Shown one piece after another: positions 48,655 through 57,590 of a DNA stretch of 64,000 nt (positions are counted from its first letter, which is position 1; every line of letters starts with the position of its first letter). The DNA comes from Bacilli bacterium. Its GTDB lineage: Bacteria > Bacillota_I > Bacilli_A > RF39 > UBA660. The stretch spans positions 2,333 to 66,332 of the forward strand of contig CAADYO010000009.1 of the NCBI GenBank assembly GCA_900753325.1, in the 5' to 3' direction. The position numbers were made by a program, and so were the translations under genes. The notes under the pieces are model-generated. The model did no database searches. It worked only from the letters and a program-made list of their open reading frames with translations, and was not told where the DNA came from.

Positions 48655-49782
48655 ATGAAATTTACAATTAAGAAAGATTTATTATTAGATGCTTTAAATA
48701 AAGTTGCTAGAGCAATTTCTACAAAAAACTTAATTCCAGTATTGGCAGGTGTTAAGTTTGATTTAAAAAAGAAAAAATTAACATTAACAGCAAGTGATAA
48801 TGATATTACAATTCAAACTGTTATTGAAAGTAATAATGAGGATGACTTTAAAATAGAAAATGAAGGAAGTATTATTATACAAGGTAAGTATATTCTAGAT
48901 ATTGTTAGAAAATTACCAGATAAATATATTAATATAGAAGTAGTTGATGAATTAAAAATATTGATTTACACAGAAAATAGTGAATTTAATTTAAATGGAA
49001 TTAGTGAAAGTGAATATCCTAATATAGGACTTGAAGAAAGTAAGAAAAAAGTTAGTATTAATGCTGGAATTTTTAAAAATATTGTTAATCAAACTGCTTT
49101 TGCTTCTTCAAATGAAGAAAGTAAACCTGTTCTTACGGGAATTAATTTTAATATAGTAGGGGATGTTTTAGAGTGTAATTCAACAGATTCTTATCGTTTA
49201 GCTAGAAAAATAGTTAAATTAGATAAGGAAAGTGAAGAAAATTATAATATTGTAATTCCAAGTCATAATATAGTAGAATTTTGTAAGATTTTAACTGATG
49301 ATGATGAAACTGTTGAATTACATATATTTAATAATAAAATATTATTTAAAACTGGTAATTTAAAATTTGAATCAAGGTTAATTAATGGTACATATCCTAA
49401 TACTTCAAATTTATTACCAGATGATTCTTTATTAGTAGTTAGTACAAATCTTAACGATTTTTATGATGTTATTGATCGTGTAAGTATTTTAACTAGCGAT
49501 AAAGAAAAAAATATTGTTACTTTAGAAACTGTTGATGATGTATTGATTCTTAGAAGTAGTTCTGCTGAGATTGGTAGAGTTGAAGAAAAAATGCCAATTA
49601 CCAAAAATAATAATGAAAATATTAAAATTTCATTTAGTGCAAAATACATGATGGAAGCATTAAAAAGTTTTTCCACAGAAACTGTTGATATTCATTTTGT
49701 AGGTGAAATTAAACCAATTTTAATTAAATCTAGTGAAGATACAAGTCTTACTCAATTAGTTTTACCTATAAGAACTTATTAA
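48655..49782 (+). CDS. dnaN: DNA polymerase III beta sliding clamp
   Basis: 375 aa; MKFTIKKDLLLDALNKVARAIS. Confidence 0.9.
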   Translation: MKFTIKKDLLLDALNKVARAISTKNLIPVLAGVKFDLKKKKLTLTASDNDITIQTVIESNNEDDFKIENEGSIIIQGKYILDIVRKLPDKYINIEVVDELKILIYTENSEFNLNGISESEYPNIGLEESKKKVSINAGIFKNIVNQTAFASSNEESKPVLTGINFNIVGDVLECNSTDSYRLARKIVKLDKESEENYNIVIPSHNIVEFCKILTDDDETVELHIFNNKILFKTGNLKFESRLINGTYPNTSNLLPDDSLLVVSTNLNDFYDVIDRVSILTSDKEKNIVTLETVDDVLILRSSSAEIGRVEEKMPITKNNNENIKISFSAKYMMEALKSFSTETVDIHFVGEIKPILIKSSEDTSLTQLVLPIRTY

Positions 49783-49943
49783 TTTTATGTGGTAAAAGTA
49801 ATATTTTTGCTAATAATATTAATAGAAGATTACAAAAATCTTCTATTTTTTTGTTTGTTCTATATATTTTGACAAAATTTGACAAGAAGATTTGCTATAT
49901 TTGTGAGTGAAAACGCACAGTTTTCATTTAAGGGGGAATTTAT

Positions 49944-50390
49944 ATGAAATACGAATTTAGTAAAGGAACATTAGCAATTGTTCCAAATGAAAATGAAAGT
50001 AGTTTGGTCTATGAAGACGACGATAGATATATCATTGATCAAACACCATTTAAAATAATGGAGGAGAGCTGTAAGTATTTTGGTAGTACTTATGCTGGAC
50101 GAAAAGATAGTGCACGATCTATTTTAGGAGCTGAATATAAGGTACCTATTATTGTAGAAGATAGTGATAATTTAATTGTTTTTCCAACAACTTCGCCACA
50201 GTCTACTGATTGTACATGGGTATCATTGAAAAGAATTAAATCGTTTGTAAAAATTGACTCAAGTAATACAAAAATAATTTTTGATAATGGTAAAGAGATT
50301 ATTGTTCCATGTTCATATAGAACAATAGAAAACCAAGTTTCGAGGGCTTCTAGATTAGATTTAATTATGCGTAGTAGAAAAAATCGTTAA
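49944..50390 (+). CDS. comK: ComK-family competence transcription factor
   Basis: 148 aa; aligns along its whole length with B. subtilis ComK. LAIVPNEN / ATIAVLPEE; SCKYFGSTYAGRK / SCRFFGSSYAGRK; VPIIVEDSDNLIVFPTTSPQSTDCTWVS / PPIMVDPSNQIFLFPTLSSTRPQCGWIS; FDNGKEIIVPCSYRTIENQVSRASRL / FSNGKTMELPISYNSFENQVYRTAWL. Confidence 0.8.
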   Translation: MKYEFSKGTLAIVPNENESSLVYEDDDRYIIDQTPFKIMEESCKYFGSTYAGRKDSARSILGAEYKVPIIVEDSDNLIVFPTTSPQSTDCTWVSLKRIKSFVKIDSSNTKIIFDNGKEIIVPCSYRTIENQVSRASRLDLIMRSRKNR

Positions 50391-50524
50391 AATTTAGAAA
50401 AAATAGTTATTTATAACTATTTTTTAGTGCTTTATTTGGCCTCTTATGATATAATATGTATGTGTGTATAGGAATACTGAAATAGGGGATAGGTGAAGCA
50501 TATGTGGCTTTTTTACGGATTTAA

Positions 50525-51637
50525 ATGAAAATATCAAAAATTAATTTAGTAAATTTTAGAAATTATTCTAATATTACAGTCACTTTTAGTGATAAAATGA
50601 ATATTTTTATTGGTGATAATGCTCAAGGTAAGACAAATATTTTAGAATCTATTGTTATTTTGGCACTTACTAAATCACATCGTGTTGGTAATAATCCTAA
50701 TATAATTCAATTTAATAAGAGTAAGTGTACAATAAAGGGAACAGTAAAAAATAATAATATAACTTCTAAATTAGGGATTATAGTTACACCTGATAGTAAA
50801 AAAATTATGATTAATCAGACCGATATTAAAAAAGTTGCTGATTATATTTCTAATCTTAATGTTATTATTTTTACGCCTGATGATTTGGATATAATTAAAA
50901 GTTCTCCTAATATTAGAAGAAATTTACTTAATATTCAATTGTCGCAAATTTCTAAAGTTTATTTGAATACTTATAATGAATATAATAAAATTTTAAAGAC
51001 AAGAAATGAGTATTTAAAGATACTTTTTAGTAGTAGTGTAGCTGATAAAAATTATTTAGATATTATTACTGATAGATTAATAGAAAAGGCTGTTATTATT
51101 TATAAAAAACGAGAAGAATATTTAAATTTAGTTAATGAAAAGATAGATTACTATTTCAGAGAAATTTCTAATACATCTGGTTTAAAGATTATTTATTCAC
51201 CAAATGTTTCATTTCAAAAATATGATATATTGGATATGAAAAATACTTTAAAGAATATTTTTGAAAAAAATTATTATAAAGAATTGAACTATGGTATGAC
51301 TTTGTTTGGTCCACATAGAGATGATTTTATTTTTAAGTTTAATGATTGTGATTTAAAATACTTTGGGTCTCAAGGTCAGCAAAAACTAGCCGTTTTAGCT
51401 TTTAAATTGGCAGAAGTTGATATTTTTGAGACTATGTCTGGTAGCTATCCAGTATTATTGTTGGATGATATATTTAGTGAGTTTGATTTAAAGAAACAAA
51501 ATAAACTACTAAAATTGATTAATAGTAAAAATATTCAAAGTATTTTAACTACAACAAATTTAAAGGGAATAAATAAAAAGTATTTAGATGATTCTTATAT
51601 ATATAAAGTAGAAAATGGGAAAATTGAAAGAAAGTAG
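50525..51637 (+). CDS. recF: DNA replication and repair protein RecF
   Basis: 370 aa; Walker [16 protein letters not shown]-like signature. Confidence 0.9.
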   Translation: MKISKINLVNFRNYSNITVTFSDKMNIFIGDNAQGKTNILESIVILALTKSHRVGNNPNIIQFNKSKCTIKGTVKNNNITSKLGIIVTPDSKKIMINQTDIKKVADYISNLNVIIFTPDDLDIIKSSPNIRRNLLNIQLSQISKVYLNTYNEYNKILKTRNEYLKILFSSSVADKNYLDIITDRLIEKAVIIYKKREEYLNLVNEKIDYYFREISNTSGLKIIYSPNVSFQKYDILDMKNTLKNIFEKNYYKELNYGMTLFGPHRDDFIFKFNDCDLKYFGSQGQQKLAVLAFKLAEVDIFETMSGSYPVLLLDDIFSEFDLKKQNKLLKLINSKNIQSILTTTNLKGINKKYLDDSYIYKVENGKIERK

Positions 51638-51645
51638 GTTATAAA

Positions 51646-53574
51646 ATGAATGATGAAAAAGTACAAGGATCTTATGATTCATCATCAATACAAGTTCTTG
51701 AGGGATTAGAGGCTGTTAGAAAACGTCCAGGTATGTATATTGGTAGTACTAGTTCTCGAGGTCTTCATCATCTTGTATGGGAAATTGTAGATAATGCTAT
51801 TGATGAGGCTTTAGCTGGTTATTGTAAACACATTGAAGTAACTATAGGAAAAGATAATAGTATTACTGTAAAAGATGATGGTCGTGGTATTCCTGTTGAT
51901 ATACATCCAAAGACTGGTAAAAGCACTGTGGAAACTGTTTATACTGTATTACATGCTGGTGGAAAATTTGGTGGAGGAGGCTATAAAGTTTCTGGTGGAC
52001 TTCATGGAGTAGGAGCTAGTGTTGTTAATGCTTTGAGTGACTGGTTAGAAGTAAAGGTTTATAAAAATGGGAATGTTTATTATCAAAGATTTAGTCATGG
52101 TGGACATCCTGATGATAGTTTAAAAATTATTGATAAATGTGATGATGATAGGACTGGAACAACTGTTCATTTTTTACCTGATGATGAAATTTTTACAGAA
52201 ACAACAGTTTTTGATTATGATATTTTAATGAAGAGATTGAGAGAATTGGCTTTTTTGAATAAGGGTTTGAGAATTTCTTTGTATGATGAAAGAGAAGCTG
52301 ATAAAAAGGACACTTTTTGTTATGAGGGTGGAATTAGCGAATATGTTGCTATGATTAATTCTAATAAAAATCCTATTCATGAAACAATAGTTGATATTTC
52401 TGGAAAAGATAATGATATTAGTGTTGAAATTGCTTTGCAATATAATGAAACATATAATTCTTGTATTTATTCATTTGTTAATAACATTACTACTCCTGAA
52501 GGTGGTACTCATGAAGATGGTGCTAGAAGGGCACTAACTAGAGTGTTAAATAAGTATGCTGTATCTGCAGGAATTTTAAAACAAAATGATGATCCTTTAA
52601 CAGGTGATGATGTTAGAGAAGGCTTAACTATGATTGTTTCAGTTAAACATCCTGATCCTCAATTTGAAGGTCAGACTAAGACAAAACTTGGAAATAGTGA
52701 GGTCCGTGGAGTTGTGGATAAAATATTTTCTGAGGCTTTTGAAAGATTTTTGATGGAAAATCCGGATCAAGCTAAAATTATTTTAGATAAATCTATGACT
52801 GCTAGTAGAGCTCGTGTTGCTGCAAAAAAAGCAAGGGAATTAACTAGACGAAAAGGTGATTTGGATGTTACTAATTTTTATGGAAAATTATCTGATTGTA
52901 AGAGTAAGGATGCATCTGTTAGTGAAATATTTTTAGTCGAGGGTGATTCTGCAGGTGGATCTGCTATTAAAGGTAGAGATAGTATGACTCAAGCTATTTT
53001 ACCATTAAGAGGTAAAATTTTAAATGTTGAAAAAGCTAGACTTGATAGAGCTTTATCTAATGAAGAAATAAGAACTATTATTACTGCATTTGGTACTGGT
53101 ATTGGTGATGATTTTGACTTAAGTAAATTACGTTATCATAAAATAATCATTATGACTGATGCTGATGTTGATGGTAGTCATATTCGTGTTTTATTATTAA
53201 CTTTATTTTATCGTTTCTTTAGACCTATTGTTGAGGCTGGACATGTTTATGCTGCTCAACCACCGTTATTTGTTATTAAACATGGTAAAACTATTAAATA
53301 TGTTCTAAATGAACAGGAAAGAGATGAATATTTAGCTACTCTTTCTCCTAATACAAAATATGATATAGCTCGTATGAAAGGTTTAGGAGAAATGGATGCT
53401 GAAGAATTAAATGAAACTACCATGGATATTCATAAGCGTGTTTTAAGACAAATTACTGTTGCAGATACATTTGCAGCTGATGAAGTATTTTCTAAGTTGA
53501 TGGGTGAAGATGTTGGCCCTAGACGAGAGTTTATTGAAACAAATGCTACTTATGTAGAAAATTTGGATGTATAG
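51646..53574 (+). CDS. gyrB: DNA gyrase subunit B
   Basis: 642 aa; GHKL ATPase, Toprim EGDSAGG, QPPLF / [12 protein letters not shown] motifs. Confidence 0.95.
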   Translation: MNDEKVQGSYDSSSIQVLEGLEAVRKRPGMYIGSTSSRGLHHLVWEIVDNAIDEALAGYCKHIEVTIGKDNSITVKDDGRGIPVDIHPKTGKSTVETVYTVLHAGGKFGGGGYKVSGGLHGVGASVVNALSDWLEVKVYKNGNVYYQRFSHGGHPDDSLKIIDKCDDDRTGTTVHFLPDDEIFTETTVFDYDILMKRLRELAFLNKGLRISLYDEREADKKDTFCYEGGISEYVAMINSNKNPIHETIVDISGKDNDISVEIALQYNETYNSCIYSFVNNITTPEGGTHEDGARRALTRVLNKYAVSAGILKQNDDPLTGDDVREGLTMIVSVKHPDPQFEGQTKTKLGNSEVRGVVDKIFSEAFERFLMENPDQAKIILDKSMTASRARVAAKKARELTRRKGDLDVTNFYGKLSDCKSKDASVSEIFLVEGDSAGGSAIKGRDSMTQAILPLRGKILNVEKARLDRALSNEEIRTIITAFGTGIGDDFDLSKLRYHKIIIMTDADVDGSHIRVLLLTLFYRFFRPIVEAGHVYAAQPPLFVIKHGKTIKYVLNEQERDEYLATLSPNTKYDIARMKGLGEMDAEELNETTMDIHKRVLRQITVADTFAADEVFSKLMGEDVGPRREFIETNATYVENLDV

Positions 53575-53588
53575 GAATGGTGGTTTAG

Positions 53589-56039
53589 ATGGATAGATTA
53601 GAAAAAAATAATATTGTAAAAGAAGTCCAAGACTCTTTTTTAGAGTATTCAATGAGTGTTATTGTTGCTCGTGCACTTCCTGATTTAAGAGATGGTTTAA
53701 AGCCAGTTCACAGAAGAATTCTTTATTCGATGTATGAATCTGGATATACACCTGATAAGCCTCATAAGAAGAGTGCAAGAATTGTTGGAGATGTTATGGG
53801 TAAATATCATCCTCATGGTGATTCTAGTATTTATGAGGCTATGGTTAGAATGGCTCAGGACTTTTCTTATCGTTATATGTTAGTCGATGGTCATGGTAAT
53901 TTTGGTAATATTGAAGGTTATGGTGCTGCTGCAATGCGTTATACAGAGTCTAGGCTTTCAAAAATTTCCTTGGAATTACTTAGAAATATAAATAAAAATA
54001 CTGTTGATTTTAGTCCTAACTTTGATGAAAGTGAAAGAGAACCAGATGTTTTACCTTCACGCTTTCCTAATATTTTAGTTAATGGTACAACGGGTATTGC
54101 TGTTGGTATGGCTACTAATATTCCTCCACATAATTTAAGCGAAGTAATAGACGGTTGTGTTGCTTATATTGATAACCATGATATTACTTTAGATGAATTA
54201 ATGCAGTATATTAAAGGTCCTGATTTTCCAACTGGAGCAACAATTTTGGGTAATAGTGGCATTCGTAAGGCATATGAAACTGGACGTGGTACGATTACTA
54301 TTAGAAGTAAGGCTCGAATTGAAGAAAAAGATGGAAAACATTATATTATTATTGATGAAGTTCCTTATGGTGTTAATACCTTAGAATTAAAGAATAAAGT
54401 AGCTGAACTTGTTCATAATAAGACAATTGAGGGTATTGCTGATTATCATTCTGATTTAAAAGATGGTATTAAAATTACAATTACTTTGAAAAGAGATGCT
54501 AATGCACAAGTTATTTTAAATAAGTTATATAAGCATACAGCTTTTCAAACTACTTATGGAATAATTTTCTTAATGTTGGATCAAGGTGTTCCTAAGACAT
54601 TAGGTTTAAAAGATATTATTGTTAAGTATATTGATTTTCAAAAGGAAGTTATTATTCGTCGAACTAAATATGATTTAGATGTTGCTGAAAAGAGAGTTCA
54701 TATTTTAGAGGGCTTAAAGATAGCTTTGGATAATATTGATGCTGTTATTAAACTAATTCGTGCGGCTAAATCTGATGATGAAGCTAGAACTGGTTTAATG
54801 AATAATTTTAAATTAACTGAAATTCAGGCTAATGCTATATTAGAAATGAAATTACGCCGTTTAACCGGCTTAGAACGTGAAAAGATAGAAAATGAATTAA
54901 ATGACTTATTGAAATTAATTGAAGAATTACGTGGCATTTTAGCTAGTGATGATAAGGTCTTAGAAGTAATTAAAAATGAACTTCTTGAAATTAAGGATAA
55001 ATATGGTGATGAACGCCGTACTAATATTGATATGACGGCCATTGAATATATTGAAGATGAATCTTTAATTCCAAATGAAGATGTAATAATTACTTTGACT
55101 AGAAATGGTTATATTAAGAGACTTAGAACTGATACTTACAGGACTCAAAATCGTGGTGGTGTAGGTGTTAATGGTATGACTACAAATGAAGAGGATTTTG
55201 TTGAACAGTTAGTTTCTATGAAAACACATGATTATATTTTATTCTTCTCAAACAAGGGTAGAGTTTATAGAATGAAAGGTTATGAAGTACCTGAGTTTTC
55301 AAGACAATCTAAAGGTTTACCTATCATCAATTTACTACAATTAGATAAAAATGAGAACATTAGTTCGATTGTTGAAATTTCTGCTGATAGTAGTGAGATT
55401 AAATATTTGGTATTTACTACTAGAAATGGAATAGTTAAGAGAACTAATATTTCTGAATTTGATAGTATAAGAAAATCTGGTAAGATTGCTATTGTTTTAA
55501 AGGAAAATGATGAGTTAATATCTGTAAGAAAGACTTGTGGAAATGAGGAAATTGCTATTGGTGCTAACAATGGTAGAATGGTGAGATTCTCTGAAGATGA
55601 AATAAGACCTATGGGTAGAAGCAGTTCTGGTGTTAAGGGTATTGATCTTGATGATAGTTTTGTAGTTGGTGCTGAAGTTGTAATACCTGGTCAAACTATT
55701 CTTATTGTTACCGATAATGGTTATGGTAAGAAAACTGTTATTGATGAATATAGGTTAACTCATAGGGGCAGTAAGGGTGTTAAAGCTCTTAATATTACAG
55801 AAAAAAATGGTACTATGGTTGCACTAAAGTGTATTGATGATAAAGAATATGATGTAATTATTGTTACTGATAATGGTACTGTTATGAAAATGCCATTAGA
55901 TCAAGTTTCTACTTTAAAACGTGCGACTCAGGGTGTAAGACTTATTAATTTAAAAAATAATGAAAAAGTATCAACTGTTGCAATAGTTGAAAAGGAAACT
56001 ACTGGTGAACTTGTTGATGATTTAAATAAAGAAAGTTAA
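53589..56039 (+). CDS. gyrA: DNA gyrase subunit A
   Basis: 816 aa; active-site region AAMRYTE, GyrA box QRGGVG-like (NRGGVGV), C-terminal beta-pinwheel repeats. Confidence 0.95.
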   Translation: MDRLEKNNIVKEVQDSFLEYSMSVIVARALPDLRDGLKPVHRRILYSMYESGYTPDKPHKKSARIVGDVMGKYHPHGDSSIYEAMVRMAQDFSYRYMLVDGHGNFGNIEGYGAAAMRYTESRLSKISLELLRNINKNTVDFSPNFDESEREPDVLPSRFPNILVNGTTGIAVGMATNIPPHNLSEVIDGCVAYIDNHDITLDELMQYIKGPDFPTGATILGNSGIRKAYETGRGTITIRSKARIEEKDGKHYIIIDEVPYGVNTLELKNKVAELVHNKTIEGIADYHSDLKDGIKITITLKRDANAQVILNKLYKHTAFQTTYGIIFLMLDQGVPKTLGLKDIIVKYIDFQKEVIIRRTKYDLDVAEKRVHILEGLKIALDNIDAVIKLIRAAKSDDEARTGLMNNFKLTEIQANAILEMKLRRLTGLEREKIENELNDLLKLIEELRGILASDDKVLEVIKNELLEIKDKYGDERRTNIDMTAIEYIEDESLIPNEDVIITLTRNGYIKRLRTDTYRTQNRGGVGVNGMTTNEEDFVEQLVSMKTHDYILFFSNKGRVYRMKGYEVPEFSRQSKGLPIINLLQLDKNENISSIVEISADSSEIKYLVFTTRNGIVKRTNISEFDSIRKSGKIAIVLKENDELISVRKTCGNEEIAIGANNGRMVRFSEDEIRPMGRSSSGVKGIDLDDSFVVGAEVVIPGQTILIVTDNGYGKKTVIDEYRLTHRGSKGVKALNITEKNGTMVALKCIDDKEYDVIIVTDNGTVMKMPLDQVSTLKRATQGVRLINLKNNEKVSTVAIVEKETTGELVDDLNKES

Positions 56040-56047
56040 AATTATTT

Positions 56048-56076
56048 AAGGCGACTTTAATTGTCGTCTTTTTTTG
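56048..56076 (+). terminator. Intrinsic terminator of gyrA
   Basis: AAGGCGAC-tttaatt-GTCGTCTT followed by TTTTTTG. Confidence 0.6.
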
Positions 56077-56296
56077 TAAACTTTTATAACTTTTATGTAA
56101 AATTTTACTTGTGGAAAAAAATTTTTTGTTTTTAATATTTTTTTATTAAATAATCTTATTACTAATTATTTGTTTAAAATATGAATATATAATTTAATTC
56201 TATTTTATATATGTTATTGATTGTGAATATTTTATATATTTTTTATTTATTAAAATATAATTTGTACTGTTAACTTACTTGATTTTAATTCAATTT

Positions 56297-56312
56297 ATTT
56301 CCTGGGAAATAA
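56297..56312. promoter_or_regulatory. Noc-binding site (NBS) variant, TATTTCCTGGGAAATA
   Basis: One central substitution (C to T) relative to the 16-bp NBS palindrome TATTTCCCGGGAAATA. Confidence 0.55.
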
Positions 56313-56362
56313 TTTGTCACTATATTTTATTATCAGTTCTACTTATTTTTTTTATAGTTTTA

Positions 56363-56378
56363 TGTTTCACGTGAAACA
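56363..56378. promoter_or_regulatory. parS: parS site, perfect 16-bp palindrome TGTTTCACGTGAAACA
   Basis: Exact match to the Firmicute parS consensus tGTTtCACGTGAAACa; flanked A/T, which extends the palindrome to 18 bp. Confidence 0.8.
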
Positions 56379-56483
56379 TTGTATTATTTTCATACTTGGA
56401 TTTTTTTTGCTCTAAAAAAACATTACATTTTTACAGAATTATATTTTATGTATGTTTATTTTAGTTATATTCATCCAAAAATT

Positions 56484-56499
56484 ATTTCCCGGGAAATAA
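56484..56499. promoter_or_regulatory. Noc-binding site (NBS), perfect TATTTCCCGGGAAATA within a 28-bp perfect palindrome
   Basis: AAAAATTATTTCCCGGGAAATAATTTTT (56477-56504). CCCGGG is very rare in a 27% GC genome. Confidence 0.75.
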
Positions 56500-56556
56500 T
56501 TTTTAATGTATTTTATGTCTATTTTACTCATTTGTAATTTTTGCCTATTTAATTAA

Positions 56557-56572
56557 TATATCACGTGAAATA
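56557..56572. promoter_or_regulatory. Chimeric parS/NBS-like palindromic site TATATCACGTGAAATA
   Basis: The central CACGTG core is parS-type. Outer positions 2 and 15 (A and T) are NBS-type. Position 4 (A) matches neither consensus. Confidence 0.45.
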
Positions 56573-56776
56573 TTGCAATGGTGTATGTGGTCATTTTATT
56601 TATTTTATAATGATAGATTTTTGTTTACGATAATCGCATAGTGTTATATAAGTTTTTTTGCATAAGTATTTTACGAAAATATATCTAATATTTTATATTC
56701 TTATAAAAATCTAAATTTTGATAATATTATTTTAAAGTTATTTTCTTGGAGATACTTTTAGTAATGCATGTGCTTA

Positions 56777-56792
56777 TGTTTCACGTGAAACA
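56777..56792. promoter_or_regulatory. parS: parS site, perfect TGTTTCACGTGAAACA
   Basis: Identical 16-mer to the other two intergenic parS copies. Confidence 0.8.
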
Positions 56793-56886
56793 TATAATTT
56801 ACTTTGATTTATTATTATTGATCTTTATTTTATGTTTTAACTAATATTTTATAATATTTAAATATTTGATTAATTTTTTATAAAAT

Positions 56887-56902
56887 TATTTCCCGGGAAA
56901 TA
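56887..56902. promoter_or_regulatory. Noc-binding site (NBS), perfect TATTTCCCGGGAAATA
   Basis: Embedded in the 24-bp palindrome AAATTATTTCCCGGGAAATAATTT (56883-56906). Confidence 0.75.
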
Positions 56903-56936
56903 ATTTATTATGGCAAGTATCTTTAATATATATTAA

Positions 56937-56952
56937 TGTTTCACGTGAAACA
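56937..56952. promoter_or_regulatory. parS: parS site, perfect TGTTTCACGTGAAACA, 11 bp upstream of the ffs -35
   Basis: The 20-bp palindrome AATGTTTCACGTGAAACATT (56935-56954) sits immediately upstream of the ffs promoter TTTACA-17-TAGAAT. Confidence 0.8.
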
Positions 56953-56963
56953 TTAAAATTTCA

Positions 56964-56992
56964 TTTACAAAAAGTTACATATATATTAGAAT
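56964..56992 (+). promoter_or_regulatory. Sigma-A promoter of ffs (SRP RNA)
   Basis: -35 TTTACA (56964-56969), 17-bp spacer, -10 TAGAAT (56987-56992); transcription start about 6-8 nt downstream. Confidence 0.6.
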
Positions 56993-56998
56993 AATATC

Positions 56999-57079
56999 GT
57001 GCAATGAAAGCGGTGGAAACAGGTCAGGATTGGAAAATAGCAGCCTTAACATTAAACTTTCATGTGCACTTTTTATTTT
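56999..57079 (+). ncRNA. ffs: Small (4.5S-type) signal recognition particle RNA
   Basis: ACAGGUCAGG-AUU-GGAA-AAU-AGCAGCC reproduces the universally conserved SRP RNA domain IV (helix 8): symmetric loop AGG / AGCAGCC closed by a 3-bp stem and GGAA tetraloop. The terminal stem GUGCAAUGAAAG / CUUUCAUGUGCAC closes the hairpin. A U-tract (TTTTTATTTT, 57070-57079) follows. The ORF-track N-terminus of the tadA ORF (57004) overlaps this RNA and is spurious. Confidence 0.65.
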
Positions 57080-57090
57080 GGGTGATTATT

Positions 57091-57546
57091 ATGAATATGA
57101 AATATATGAAAATTGCTTTTGAAGAGGCAAAAAAAGCTTTTGATGAAGATGAAGTGCCTGTTGGTGCTGTTATAGTTAAAAATGGAGAGATTATTGCTAG
57201 AGCACATAATAAAAAGGAACAGCAAAATTGTGCTTTATATCATGCTGAAATTTTGGCTATAAAAGAGGCTTGTAAAACTGTTGGTAATTGGCGTCTTAAT
57301 AATTGTGATTTATATGTTACTTTATCTCCTTGCCCTATGTGTGCTGGCGCAATTAAACAGTCTCGAATTAAAAATGTGTATTCTGGTTTATCTAATTTAG
57401 ATATATCTAATTTGAATATTGTTAGGAAAATATTTATCTCTGATGATGTTAACCCAACTGTTAATTTTATTGATAACTTGTATTCTGAAGAAGTGAATAT
57501 GTTGTTGAAAAAGTTTTTTGAAAATAAAAGAAGTACAACTAAATAG
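57091..57546 (+). CDS. tadA: tRNA-specific adenosine-34 deaminase TadA
   Basis: Start at MNMKYMKIAFEEAKKA (RBS GGGTGA). Zinc ligands HAEILAI and SPCPMCAGA. Confidence 0.9.
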   Translation: MNMKYMKIAFEEAKKAFDEDEVPVGAVIVKNGEIIARAHNKKEQQNCALYHAEILAIKEACKTVGNWRLNNCDLYVTLSPCPMCAGAIKQSRIKNVYSGLSNLDISNLNIVRKIFISDDVNPTVNFIDNLYSEEVNMLLKKFFENKRSTTK

Positions 57547-57590
57547 ATTTTATAATATATGATATAATTAATTTGATGGTGGGTGAGAAT

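Noticed and set aside
49855-49885. Strong sigma-A promoter with tandem TTGACA hexamers upstream of comK
   Set aside because: Two TTGACA hexamers are present. The spacing to the best -10 candidate (TATATT) is 11 or 21 bp, neither canonical. It is left as an unresolved regulatory region rather than a called promoter.
56290-56960. CRISPR array or MITE/IS remnants as explanation for the repeated elements after gyrA
   Set aside because: The repeats are self-complementary palindromes of two alternating families with variable spacing (50-220 bp). They are not direct repeats separated by unique spacers. No cas genes, transposase ORF or terminal inverted repeat pairs are present. The two sequences match the known ParB and Noc operator consensuses exactly.
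57004-57090. N-terminal 29 codons of the track ORF 57004..57546 (MKAVETGQDWKIAALTLNF...)
   Set aside because: This segment coincides with the SRP RNA hairpin and its terminator. TadA homologs start at the MNMKYMKIAFEEAKKA region, and an RBS precedes ATG 57091.
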